A stretch of 63,766 nucleotides of DNA, filler included, from Conidiobolus incongruus B7586 (GCA_000697335.1; 15 parts of 15 records of this genome joined end to end with filler, not necessarily neighbours in it); one strand, 5' to 3'; positions 14,573-27,512 are shown, counted from the whole stretch's first letter. Translations and numbers: made by a program. Notes: generated by a model not told the origin, from the letters alone.

Positions 14573-16180
14573 TTATTATTATTAAATAATATATTTTAAT
14601 TTATAATTAATTTAATAAAAAATTAATTAAATATATATATTATTCCTAATATTTATATCTCTATAATAATTATATTTTTTAAAATAAAATCTAATATATA
14701 TTATTTTAAAATTGGATTGATTTATTTATAATATATAAAAAAATTCAAAGTTATTTAATTTTTATTTTATAATATATACTTTAAGGTTAATAATTTTGAT
14801 GTAAAAATTATAACAAAATATATAATAAATGGATATTATTTTAATTTATTATATCTTTTGTATTAAAGAGATATTCAATATTATTTGAAACTTTTAGTTA
14901 ATATTTATTTCATATAAATAATATATATTCAAAGGAATACTTTGTGTAGATAAGTAACTTAGTTTTTTATTCTTTGATTTCTTATTTTGACTCCCTTGTT
15001 ATTCAGAGTAATATATGGCATATATATAATAAATTCCAATGTATTGTAGATATAAGACATTGTAAAACCAAGGTTAATTTATAGTCAAATTCAAATTTGG
15101 TAATTTATAATATGTTCAGGTTGATTCTTAATTAAAATTATCAAATTGATTCCTTGCAATATTTATCAGACTATATTAGATTACGTTTATTTTATTTATA
15201 TTAAGTACTTAATTCAAATTGTTCTATTATTACTATTATTATTATTATACTTTTTGATTATATAAAAAATACATTTCCAAAATACTTTAATATTATATGG
15301 TTGTTAATAGCGATATAAGCTTGATTTGTAATCACATTATTCTGCCTTATAGAAAACAAATTAATTTAATCATTTAATTAATATTTTTACCAAAACTTTT
15401 ATATATATTACTAAATTTCATTATTATTCAATTAGGCTTTCCAGTTGTTTATTATAATAATACTCATGAATATACTTTTTCTGTTTTTAGTCAATTTCTC
15501 TTAAAATATCTATTTGAATACAAATTAAACTTTTTAATTATATCTTCTATTATAAATTTAAAAAAATCATCTTATCCAAAATAATCATAAAATTAATTGC
15601 TAACATTTCGAATTTATTACACTACCTAAAGCATATATATTTAAATTAGATTAAAACTTTTATTTTTTTAATATATAATGATGAATAAATATTAAACCTA
15701 AACTAATATCAAATTATAGAAGGAATTAAATTTAATAAATTTAAATTAATTATATAAATAAAAAATTTATATTGATTTCATTAAAATAAAATTGATTAAT
15801 TATTTAAATTATAATGGTTTTAATATGGCGATTTCTACATTGAATAAACATATTAATATTATCAAGGGATTACTAAATCATTAAATTGGATAAGAGCTTT
15901 GACTTATTGTTTAAAAATAAAGAAATATAACCGATATATTATATATTCTTGGGATTCTACAACTCAAAATTGTTTTAAAAAAATATTTTAAAATTTTCAA
16001 ACCAATTTATCACAATAAAAAAAATTTTCTTATTGCAAATTTATTAATTTATTCAAGTTTCAAATTAGTTTCAAAAATTTTTTTTTTTCATAAAAAATTT
16101 TTTCTATATAAATCATTGAAACTCTAAAATTTCAATTTAATTTTTTTTATTAAATTATAAAAATTTTATAATCTTATAAA

Positions 16181-16849
16181 ATGTATTCATTTGTTGAACC
16201 ACCTGCTAGGAATAGTTCTAAAACTTATAAACCACAGTATACGAGACTAAATGTGACATTATTGGATAAATATCGATTGAGATCGTTTCTAATAGGTTAT
16301 GGATTTTTAATCCTTTTAATCATCATTGAACTTTTGATCTATTTTTTGGTGCCCAAAACTCCCAACATCTTTATTAAACCCTATGATAAGAGCAATATGA
16401 TTGATCCATTAAATCAATTGATTAAAACCAACGACGCGGTGATTTTACCATTTAATACTACTCTAATCATTCACAATCCCAATTTCATTGATTTTCAATT
16501 AGGTTCAAGTTTTGTAAACATTGAAATTGTTAGAAAAGATTCTACATTGTTGTTGGCTAGTGGCCAGCTTCCAAATAAAGTGGAATTACCTAAGAGATCA
16601 ACCACTGAAGTAGTGATTAATTCTAACATTAAATTGAATAATGATGTTAACGGGGAAAAGTTTACGGAGACTGTGATTTATAATTTGTTGAGGTATCATT
16701 GTAATGTGAAGGAGGAGTTGAGAATGGGCATGAAGTTGAATGTGAATGTTGATTTAAATTTTCAATATTATGGGTGGGTCAATATGCCGTTGGCTAAGGA
16801 TTGGAGTATGAATTGGGATTGTAGTTGGAATATCAGGAATTCTATTTAA
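16181..16849 (+). CDS. Single-pass membrane protein with LEA_2-like domain, 222 aa
   Basis: Basic N-terminus, one hydrophobic helix (FLIGYGFLILLIIIELLIYFLVP), then LIIHNPNFIDFQL...LASGQL...LPKRSTTEV pattern typical of LEA_2/NHL folds. Cys pair near the C-terminus. AAAATG start context. Confidence 0.75.
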   Translation: MYSFVEPPARNSSKTYKPQYTRLNVTLLDKYRLRSFLIGYGFLILLIIIELLIYFLVPKTPNIFIKPYDKSNMIDPLNQLIKTNDAVILPFNTTLIIHNPNFIDFQLGSSFVNIEIVRKDSTLLLASGQLPNKVELPKRSTTEVVINSNIKLNNDVNGEKFTETVIYNLLRYHCNVKEELRMGMKLNVNVDLNFQYYGWVNMPLAKDWSMNWDCSWNIRNSI

Positions 16850-16872
16850 TGAAGGTTTATTAAATATTGAAT

Positions 16873-18399
16873 CTATTGTTGTTCTTGTTCTTGTTTTAGT
16901 TGTTGCTTCTTTTCCATCTTGTCACGGAATCTTTGATTACGTACTTCGATGTCAGAGCATTTGACGCGATCTAGCATTGGAACATAGTCACGAACTCCCA
17001 TCTTACTGCCGCCACCACCGATCATCATGGTGAGGCCACGGTCGTCTGTCTCCTCTAAAGTTTTAACACCACCTGGGACTAACTCCTCGTCAATGGTGCG
17101 TAACACATTGGAGTAGTGCCAAGCTTTCGTTAAATGTAACTGGAACTGCTCTTGCATAAGATTGAATGTTCTATTGAGACCTGGGAAGAATTCCTCCTTA
17201 TTTACGGATTGGACAGATTGCCAATTGATAGCATTGGGATAGACACAATCGTAGAGCACTAAGGGGTATGGAGATGCCATCGCATACACTGGTTTCAAGG
17301 GATTTTCAGTAACATTCAACAGTTTTTGAATGAGTTCAGGTTTTTCTAATCCTTGGCCTATCAGGAACAGATTGGCCATAATGCAGCGGACCATATGCCA
17401 TAGGAAGGCAGATCCGTGTAATTCCAATTCGTAGAATTGTGTGTTTCCCAATGTTGGCACCAACTGGTCGGAAGGTTGGTTATAGAAGCGACATGGTTGA
17501 ATTTTAGCGAATTTGATATTTCTGAAAAAATTGGTGATCTGTTTGCTACCATCCTGTCTGCAAAAGTTGCGGAAATCATGCTCCCCGATGAGATATTGGC
17601 ATGCTTCGTTCATCTTTTCAATATTTAGGCTGGGTTCGGCTACGAAGAAGTAGCGATACTTTCTCAAAATGCAGTGAAAACGAGCGTGAAAATCTTCGGG
17701 TACGGGAGCCCATGCTAAGACGCGAATTTCTGGAGGCAACTGTCTGTTGATGATTTCTACGTAGGGTAATTCGTCCTCTGTGAGATTGAGAGGGTCTTGA
17801 GCAATGATTTCCTTAGAAACTTGAGATCTGACCTTAAAACTCAAGACTTGGCCCAATCCACTTACTCCTTTATCGGTTCTACCACATCGGGAAAAGTCGC
17901 AAGTTTCGGGATCTAGAATCAGTTTTGTGGTGACCAGTGCTCTGAATAAATGTGACTCTATCGTAGTTAACTCTTCTTCATTGTCTTGCTTGCCCTTTCC
18001 CTTTGATTTCTTCTGATTTTGGGGTGGATTGGGATGTTCTCCCTGAGCTGCCAGCCCGCAATAATCCCAACCCAAGTAGCACACTTTGATAGCAATTTTT
18101 CTCTGGGCATATTTGCTCATGTCGAAAGGTCGCTTCTCTTTTAACTTCTTCAACACTTTCTCCTTCTTTTTAGGTGCTTCATTATTATTATTGTTATGAC
18201 TGGTCTTCAATATTTTTTGGGGAGGTGAAGTGTCCCCATTTTGTAAACTTTCGAGTTGTTTTAACTTTTCAATCAATTGTTCTTTACTCCAGTTAGAATA
18301 ATCGTTCATACTTGTAGACATGTATTTTGAATGGTTAAAGTTCAAAGATTTTAATAAATTAAGTCTTAATAATTTTGAATGTGATCTTATAAAATTCAT
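16873..18399 (-). CDS. DEG1: tRNA pseudouridine(38/39) synthase, TruA family, 508 aa
   Basis: YSNWSKEQLI N-terminus, FDMSKYAQRKIAIKVCYLGWDYCG, catalytic RCGRTDKGVS, FHARFHC..RKYRYFF, GEHDFRNFC and GSAFLWHMVRCIM are Pus3/Deg1 signatures. Confidence 0.96.
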   Translation of the reverse strand: MNFIRSHSKLLRLNLLKSLNFNHSKYMSTSMNDYSNWSKEQLIEKLKQLESLQNGDTSPPQKILKTSHNNNNNEAPKKKEKVLKKLKEKRPFDMSKYAQRKIAIKVCYLGWDYCGLAAQGEHPNPPQNQKKSKGKGKQDNEEELTTIESHLFRALVTTKLILDPETCDFSRCGRTDKGVSGLGQVLSFKVRSQVSKEIIAQDPLNLTEDELPYVEIINRQLPPEIRVLAWAPVPEDFHARFHCILRKYRYFFVAEPSLNIEKMNEACQYLIGEHDFRNFCRQDGSKQITNFFRNIKFAKIQPCRFYNQPSDQLVPTLGNTQFYELELHGSAFLWHMVRCIMANLFLIGQGLEKPELIQKLLNVTENPLKPVYAMASPYPLVLYDCVYPNAINWQSVQSVNKEEFFPGLNRTFNLMQEQFQLHLTKAWHYSNVLRTIDEELVPGGVKTLEETDDRGLTMMIGGGGSKMGVRDYVPMLDRVKCSDIEVRNQRFRDKMEKKQQLKQEQEQQ

Positions 18400-18984
18400 A
18401 AATTATCAGAATTTGAAAGAATTTAATTATTGAATTAAAATTTAGGAAATCCAATAATTATTTAGATGAAAACAAAAATAATAAATAAAATATAATGATA
18501 TAATAATAAATAAATGTTTTTCAGAGTTAATCTATACTTGATGTTTAATTGATTGATTGTCCAATAATTTTTTTTGATTAATAGAAATAAATAATTAACC
18601 AAAGGAAATCTTTAAATTATGGGATAGTTTACGATTTTTATAGTAATCAATTTTATTTCACTATTATAAAAAATTTATTTTTTTAATATTCTAATTGATT
18701 ATTCAGAGTTATATAAATATTTTTTATTATTTTTTATCCTTATTATTAGTATAATTAAACTATTGTCAACTAAATTGAATCAAATATCAAAAATATAATA
18801 AAAATTAACAAACTATTAATTTATTATTATTAATTATTGAGATTATTGGGTATTTTTTGGAGAGGAGTTGTAATATTAATAATTTGTAATTTCCTTAAAT
18901 GCAAAAAATACTCTATTGAAAAACTTTGTTACAATAAGATTATTACTGAATTGGCTATTAGTCTACAATGAGTACTTATAAACA

Positions 18985-19449
18985 TTAATTAAACCCTCTA
19001 TGAGATAGCAAAGTAATATCCGAAATGTAAGAGGGTGGACGTTTGACAGCATCTTGGTAAGTTGGAGCAGGTGGTGATAGTTGAAACATTCGACTCGAAT
19101 TTGATCCCGATATCACTATTTCGTCCAATCTGTCGCCATCCGTAAATGAAAAAAATTCGAGACTGTTAATTTTGTGATTCATCACCAGTCGTACCTAAAT
19201 ATCATCAATAACCTTAATGCATTATGATATTTCAATACTTACTACTAATAATACCAACCAAATTGCAGTCAATATCCCTAGTATAATAAACAATGTGATA
19301 TTGGTGAATTTCGAAGTTTTAAGAAAGTTTACAACAACACAAGTAATTAAACTAATTCCTACTAGTGTTAATAATGTATTCATCAATTTTTTAATTTTGG
19401 TATGGATTAGTTTGTATTGGTTGATTTTATCACGTTTTGTCATTGTCAT
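18985..19449 (-). CDS. Small two-TM membrane protein with C-terminal PY motifs, 138 aa; exons 19449-19243 and 19194-18985
   Basis: A 48-nt intron (19242-19195, GTAAGT...TTTAG) joins the 75-aa and 66-aa ORFs in frame. Two hydrophobic helices are followed by PPAPTY and RPPSY. Confidence 0.8.
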
Positions 19450-20171
19450 TGCGTTGTAGTAAAGTTAATTTAGAGATAATCAGTATTACTGTAATTATTA
19501 TTTATTCAAAATCCTTCACCAGTACTTGGCAACCTAAGTGTATATATACCTCTAAAAATAAAAGATTGGCAATTTTAATTTGAATTTAGTAGCGATTATC
19601 AGGGTTAATTTTATTAGTTCATTATTTGCACTAAAAATTGAAAAAATTTTCTTCCAGATGCTGATTTTGATAATTTGGTTTTATTGTTTTTTTCGTAGTT
19701 ATATGAAAAGAATAGTAAAATCACAAATTATAATAATACTAATTATTTCATATAATGCATTCTATTATTAAGCATTATACAATAATAAAATTAAACTATA
19801 AGATTGATAAATTCTAATAAAACAAGGATCACCAACTGTAAAACTGAATAAATTTAATTTACACCAAAAATTAACATAATTAATCAAACACTAAATTTAG
19901 GAAAATATCAACCCACAATTAAAGTGAAGCTACCCCATTTGATAGTCTCTTGGTTTATCAGGGTTAAATTGACCTTGTTTTTATAAGTTTAAATTTAGTA
20001 AAAGTGGTTTATTTAATTCATATTATCAATAATCAAGATTTTGAAAGATTGAATCTTTCAAACTAATTTTATTTTTTGGATTAATATTTTGTATTTAAAA
20101 TTTAATAATTAATAAAGTTTTGATATTTAGAATTTAATATTGATCAATCTTTAAGATTACTGTTCCCTCAA

Positions 20172-20397
20172 TGTCATGCCCTATCTAGGAGCCATGACTA
20201 ATATGATACCATAAATGCTCACCTTAATAGCATTTCACTCTTTCGATTACTCTTTATCTAATAATTCTTTCCTTCTTTATATATATTTGTTCTCTTCACC
20301 TATAATACGCCTCGTATCATGTGTGATTAATAAATAATCTATTTCACTTAACTTGAGTCTTCCTGCTCTATCTCCTACTCAACCTTATGATTGCACA
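20172..20397 (+). mobile_element. Candidate LTR-like segment (unverified)
   Basis: Non-coding GC-elevated island starting TGTCA, with internal TATATATA and AATAAA, ending near ..GCACA. It is followed by about 130 bp more GC-rich sequence with a short ATG frame (MTAVALQELMLMTE). Confidence 0.25.
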
Positions 20398-23300
20398 GTA
20401 GCTACTGTTATCACTCGAGGGCCTGTCAAGTATGCTCTCCTCTTCGCTACTTCCGCAAATCATTGCAGCTCATATAACTAGAAAAATGACCGCCGTAGCT
20501 CTTCAAGAGCTTATGCTTATGACCGAAATTATTTATGTTTTATAATTATAATGGAATTTATATTTCAATTTATGGTTATTAAGAATAACTTGAAATCAAT
20601 TTAAATTGAGAAAAATTAGTATAAGACACAAATTTGATATTATATTATAATAAGATATTCTAACTGAAAATTGTTAGAATCAGTATTTCTACTCAATTTC
20701 TCAATATAAAAATCGAATCAAACTATTAAGTTATTATGAATATAATTGAGCTATGACTATTAGTAATTATGATTGCCAAAAGGATGACATTCGACAAAAT
20801 TAATACCTCTTTCAATAATTGATTAGGTATTGTTATTTACAAATTTAATTTTAATAATAATAAACTTGTATCAAGTAAAAAATCTATTGATTTGACTAGT
20901 AATATAACTCAAATTGTTTTAACTTATTGCTGATATCATTCATTTTATTATTGAAATTTTCAAAATAATTTTTAATATGTGATTGATAAATTTTAATACA
21001 TAATACAAAATAAATACTTTTTTATTATTAATAACTGTTTACCATATTTTAACAAGCTTCTAATACCTAAAAATAGTTTTTTTTCTGTTAAGGACTGGAA
21101 CTTAATATTTTACAAACTAATTTAATTTATTTATAAGAATTTTTTTCTTATAAACATATTTTTTAATTAGTTAAAATAATTGTGACCACATAAGTTTTAG
21201 TCTAGAGAATATATTAAATATGATAGTTTATTTTAATTTTTTTATATAAAGAATCCTTTATAGTTTAAACTTTATATATTTTATAATTATGAGGTAAAAT
21301 AATAAGTATTTATAATGTAAGATATTAATATCTATTAAAATCTATATTATTTAAAAAATAATTTATCTTTAATAATTAAATAAAAAATCTATATAATATT
21401 CTATATTATTATAATTATTATTTTTTATTTATTGAAATTTATAAAAAGAATTATTTTGATATAATTTAATATTATTGTTTTGTCATTAAATAAAAGTTTA
21501 TAAAAAAACTTTGGAATATATTAATTTAAATGATATATTATAAAAACATTCATTTTAAGATATATATTAATAAATCTTTTAAAAATAATTATTTTTTTTA
21601 AATTTTACTTTAAATCATTAATTAAAATTATTAATTGAAAAATAATATTTAATAAATATATANNNNNNNNNNNNNNNNNNNNNNNNNNNNNNNNNNNNNN
21701 NNNNNNTTAATTAATTAANNNNNNNNNNNNNNNNNNNNNNNNNNNNNNNNNNNNNNNNNNNNTTAAATGTAATTAAAATATTTTCAATAAATTTTTTATA
21801 TTTAGTATTATGAAATAAAAAATATAAAATAATATATTATAATATTAATATTATATTTTATTAAATTGAATCTCGTGCTATTATTAAATATTAAATTAAT
21901 TTTTATTTAATTAAATATTTAATCAATATTATAAAGAATTTCAGAAACAATATTTAAGTATAAAAAAATATTTCAATAAATATTATTTTTAAATTTAACT
22001 ATAGTAATATTTAAAGTTAAAAAATTCAGGTAAGAAATATCACATATATAATTCAAACTAAAACTATATAAATCTTTCATTGTTTATATTAAAACATTAA
22101 AAAATATTTAATATTTTTATAATTCAAACTTAAAAATATTAATTTTGTAATAATATTAAATTCAAAAATTCAAATTTAAGTTAATTTTTTCAGAGTGATT
22201 AAGATTTCATATTCGAAACAATATTATCAAATAATTAATTAATTTATAAATAATTGAAATTAAAATTTAACTTTAATTATCACTATTTGACATTTTTAAA
22301 GGTAGAAACTCATTAGACAAGTACAAAAAGAGAATTGTTTAAAACAGAATTTTAAATTTTTCAATTATTTGAATAAATACTATAATAAAAAATATCATCA
22401 TATGATATTTATAATTCATTTCTTTTTTTATTATAGTAAAAATTTTAATAATTGAATTTGATTGAAATATCCGAATTATATCAACTATGCCATTCAATAT
22501 TAATATTAATAATCCAAGATAAAAATAAAATTATTTCAGATAATATAATAATATAGACTAAAATTGATTGATTAATTATCATATAGTTTATTTTAATCTT
22601 ATTATAATAATATTTTTTACAATGATAATATATATAAATTATAATATTAAATCAAAATGTATTATGATATAAATCTAATAAAGTTAAATGAATTGTATTA
22701 TTATTTGATATATCTTAAAAGGGAAATATTTGATTAACATAATCAACTACATATAAATCATAAATATTTAATATCTTTACAGAAAGTAGAGTAATATTAA
22801 CATAATTATATTGGCACATCACTTAATCACTTATTATTAAAAATGAAATTTAAAAAATTGAAACATTTAATATGAAAAACTATAAAAATTATAATCATTT
22901 CAATAAAATTTTTATAATGTTAGTAATTTATAAATAAATACTCATTTTTTAAGTAGTTTAAGTACATCAACAATAAGATTAAAACTATTAATAGTTAATA
23001 TGCTTTTATATTATATAAATAAATCAAAAATGATAATAATACCAATTTATATAATTAGAATAGCTTATCTCTCAAAACAATATATACTATTAAAAATTAA
23101 TACAATTTCAATTATTTAAACTCAATATATGAAATCAAAATAAAAAAAAATGTATTTGTTATTATTTTATCAAAAAATTATGAAAAAATCTCAGTTTAAG
23201 GTAATTCAAGTAAATTGATTCGCTTATTTGATATATATAGTAAATCTATTCATTAAATATGTTTTTATAATATTTACTAAATTATTTAATAATTTATATT

Positions 23301-25913
23301 TTAACAAATATCTATAAATAATATTGAAGTTTGTCTAAATCATATAATAAAACGATAATTATAAAATTGATATAACCTTTTAAAATTTTGTTCGATTAAA
23401 ATCTTTATACAATTTAATTATAAAATTTTTCAAAAAGTTGAATAAATATAAAATTTTATATCTATTAAATAATATATATTAATTATATAAAATATTTGAA
23501 AGAAAATAAAAATATATTTATTATTTTTTTTTATTTTTTTTATTTTGTATTATTATAATTTAAATAAATTATAATTTGAGAGAATAATATTATATTTCCG
23601 AATATAAAATAAAATTAATATATGTCTATAAAAATGATAATATTTGAAATAATATTATATTTTCAATTAATTAATTTATATTTCATTCAACTATTATCAC
23701 AATATCAATAGATATTTTTAAAAATTAATATATTAATTTTTTTTAATTAGTTATTAAAATTAATTTTGAATTTATTTTAATTGTTAATATGTTGATTATT
23801 TTTTTTAAATAATTGTGAATTTATTTGAACATTGATTTGAAAAGATAATTTGATTAATGCTTAATATTAATGATGAAATTTTAAGTATTGATATGATGAA
23901 ATATATCAATAATATAATAGGTAATAATAAATTTCAGACTCGGTAATTTAATATAATGATTTTTTAATTATATTAAATAATATTATAGATGCCATTATTA
24001 ATATTATTATTATTTGTAAATTATATTAAATTTTTAAATTTAATTCAATAATTTATTATAGCATAATTATGATATTTTGAGAATTTTCTATATAAATAAA
24101 ATATTTATAATGATATTTTGTCAATTACTTTATATTAATATGATCATAAAAAATGAATTAATAAATCAAATATATTAAGGCTTTCAAATAATATTTATAG
24201 TTATAATTTCAAAGTTAAATGATAATTAATAAAATCTGAAAAGAATTTTCATAGTTATTAATACTGTAATAATGATATCAAAAAAATAAACCAAAATTAA
24301 TATGATTAACATTACTTTGATTCAAAATTTTTTTTATTTTATAAAAATATATGATTTATATAAATTTTAAATATATAATTTCCAATTTTTAGGTAAATTA
24401 ATGATTAATTTTTCAATTTATCAATAAGAATGGAATTTAAATTATTCAAGATCAATGAAACCTAATTAAAGAATTTAATTGAAATCATATAATAAACAAA
24501 ATAAATAAATACAAGTTATTAATCAACATCAAATTTATAAAAACATTGGATTTGCAAAATAATAATCTTTTGAAAAGTAATATTTATTTTAATAATAGAT
24601 ATATTAATTTAATATTTTAATTATTTTATATTTATAGTTAAAAGATTATTAGTCAAAATCATTCAAATCAATTATATATTTTTTAATATGAATATTAACA
24701 TTTTAAAAATAAAATTAAATTANNNNNNNNNNNNNNNNNNNNNNNNNNNNNNNNNNNNNNNNNNNNTTAATTAATTAANNNNNNNNNNNNNNNNNNNNNN
24801 NNNNNNNNNNNNNNNNNNNNNNTAAATATATAAATAATATTGTGAGTTGGAAGACTATAATCCAAAGTAAAACTTTACTCATATTATATATAAATATTTG
24901 ATTAATATTCCATAGATAATTATATAAATTATTCAAAAATAATATTTATTAATTATATTATCAATACTATTTAATATTTAATTTTTAAGATATACAAATA
25001 ATAATTAAAATTATTTATTTTTATACTTTATAAATATTCATTTTATAGAAAATAATTTATTAATTTATTAATTTTATTGGTATTAAAAAAGTTATATCAT
25101 ACAGGTATATAGTTATGAATTACAATAATTCCTGGCTATTTATATAAATATATTGACTAGAAGGAGTTTTAGTATTAAATAATATTTAATTTTAATTTTA
25201 TCAAAATTAAATTATAAAACAAAAAAATTTAATTTAAGTATTATAATCCCAGAATTTTATATTATTTATTAATTTTAAAACAATAATTTTATATTGATTT
25301 AAATATCAAAATAATTTAAACACCATATTTCAGGAAATATGTATCCAAAAATTTATATATAAATTATTATAGAATTATTAATTAAAATATGATTATTTTA
25401 TTTATAATATTCAAGTCTAATATAATATTTTAGATGATTTTAATTTTATCAATTTATTATTTTTTTAAAAAAACAATAATTTCTGAAAGTAAATCATTGA
25501 AATATTTTAAACATTTATATTATATTGAAAGTTTATGTTAGTTAATAAATCAAATAATATAAAAATGTTAAATCATATATTTTGTTATTAGTTGAATGTA
25601 ATTGAATGTATTTTGAATATATAACAAATGATAAGTTCATTCAATTAGTAATATTTATATAAAAGAAATATTATATTTATAATTTAATAATTGAATACGT
25701 TTAATAGTATATATTATATTATCAATTACTAAATGGTCAAAATTACTATTAGTAATATTAATTAACCTATTTAGTCATAATGAATGATATATAGATGACC
25801 ATTTTCAGATCAGGTAATATATTATTAATTCAAAGCATATCTTTTATATTTGTAATAAAACTCAATTATATATAATAATATTTAATAAGGTCATATTAAT
25901 TTATATAATCTAA

Positions 25914-25946
25914 ATATAATATAATATAATATAATATAATATAATA
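25914..25946. repeat. (ATATA)n pentanucleotide microsatellite
   Basis: About 6.5 perfect units read directly. Confidence 0.85.
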
Positions 25947-26415
25947 GTTGTTTCATTTACAATTAATAACTTAAATATTATACAAAATTAGTTATTATTA
26001 TTGACTAAATAGATTAAATATTAAAATCCAAAATTCACCTCGGTCGGATTAGAGTGTTTGATGAAAGAAAATTTCATACAATCCGCCCATTTAACTATCT
26101 CATGTGAAATCAATTAGTAAAATTTAATATAAATTTCAATATATAGTAGCTGATTTGGCAGGTATGATACATGTTTAATATTACTTGGAACAAGAGCTTA
26201 TGGAGCTAAACTAATCACGATGGATGCTTGAGAATTAGTCAGTTATATATATATATATATATAAGCAATACAAGAACTGAGTATTACAGTTGATATTTAT
26301 ATTTATTTATTATTGTTTCTTTGATATTAGGAAATAGAGTTAAATTGTTTTCTTAAAGTCAAAATGGTAGATATCAATACTCGATTGATTCTAATTGACA
26401 AATACAATAAGGTGA

Positions 26416-27216
26416 TTATTCCTTAGGGGCACTTTGGGTGATTTTTAAGTCTTTAACTAGACCAGTGGAAACATCGTAAACCCAGCCGTGGATTGTGAGC
26501 TTTTGGCCACGTTCCCAAGCTTCCTTGACAACTAAGGAGTTGGCCAAATTGGTAACACTTTGTTGGACATTAAGCTCAATAAGACGGTTGGCTTTTTGTT
26601 CGGGATCTTGAATAGAGTCTAACTCATCTTTATGGTTATTGGCAATTACCTTAATGTTATGGAGCCAGTTGTCGACAAAACCGTGCTTGTTGGGGGAAAG
26701 TGAAGCATGAACACCACCGCATTTGGTGTGACCGCAAACGATGACTTCTTCAACTTTCAAATGGTCGACAGCAAATTGTAAAACGCTGAGGTAACTAATA
26801 TCAGATGGGCAAACAACATTGGCAATATTACGATGAACAAAAATATCTCCTGGGATGCATTGAAGAATTTCGGTTTCTGGAACTCGAGAATCAGAACATC
26901 CAATCCAAAGAACTTTAGGAGACTGGCCCTTGGAGTTGCTCTCAAGCCTATCAGGGTGATTCTTTTTAAAGTTTTCAGCCCAGACTTTGTTTCTTTCAAT
27001 TAAGTCTTGAACATTTTGGATGGCAGCGGGATCGGAAGTCATTTGGTGATTTTGTTTGCTAGATATAAGAAAAGACTGGTTAGTGGTAGTATGGAAAGAA
27101 CTAAATCTTACAGAGGATTGAAGTGAAGATACTTTTGCGAACTTATTACGATAAGTCAAAGGAAATTGAGACTTTAATAACTCAACAAATGGCTTATAAT
27201 TTGATCTCATCATCAT
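26416..27216 (-). CDS. NCE103: Beta-class carbonic anhydrase (Nce103-like); 266 aa with putative mitochondrial presequence, or 208 aa from Met59 (ATG 27042-27040)
   Basis: GQSPKVLWIGCSDSRVPE, IFVHRNIAN and VIVCGHTKCGG supply the Zn ligands (Cys, His, Cys) and the Asp-Arg dyad. IHGWVYDVSTG C-terminal motif present. Confidence 0.96.
   Translation of the reverse strand: MMMRSNYKPFVELLKSQFPLTYRNKFAKVSSLQSSVRFSSFHTTTNQSFLISSKQNHQMTSDPAAIQNVQDLIERNKVWAENFKKNHPDRLESNSKGQSPKVLWIGCSDSRVPETEILQCIPGDIFVHRNIANVVCPSDISYLSVLQFAVDHLKVEEVIVCGHTKCGGVHASLSPNKHGFVDNWLHNIKVIANNHKDELDSIQDPEQKANRLIELNVQQSVTNLANSLVVKEAWERGQKLTIHGWVYDVSTGLVKDLKITQSAPKE
27059..27111 (-). other. Predicted 53-nt spliceosomal intron embedded in the carbonic anhydrase N-terminal extension
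   Basis: GTAAGA donor, CACTAAC branch site, pyrimidine tract TCTTTTCTT and CTAG acceptor. Length matches the other introns in this window. Confidence 0.75.
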
Positions 27217-27512
27217 TACTATCTTTAAAATTTAACTTGAGAGTGAAAATTATCAATGTGTGTTAGATCATTTTATTCAATTTATTCCATTATTTATTTC
27301 GAATAATTAATCAAGTTTGGATGTTCATATTATTATCCGTGATTGTGATGAGAATATAATGGAATATGCTAAAGGATTGTGTATTTCCTATTATATAACA
27401 CTTTATTTTCAGAGTTTTATGAAGGACATTAATTTTTTATCCTGGTAGTTTTGTCGTACGATAAAATTACTCATTCAGTACGACTCTAATTCTAAAAGCA
27501 ATTAAGGTTTTC

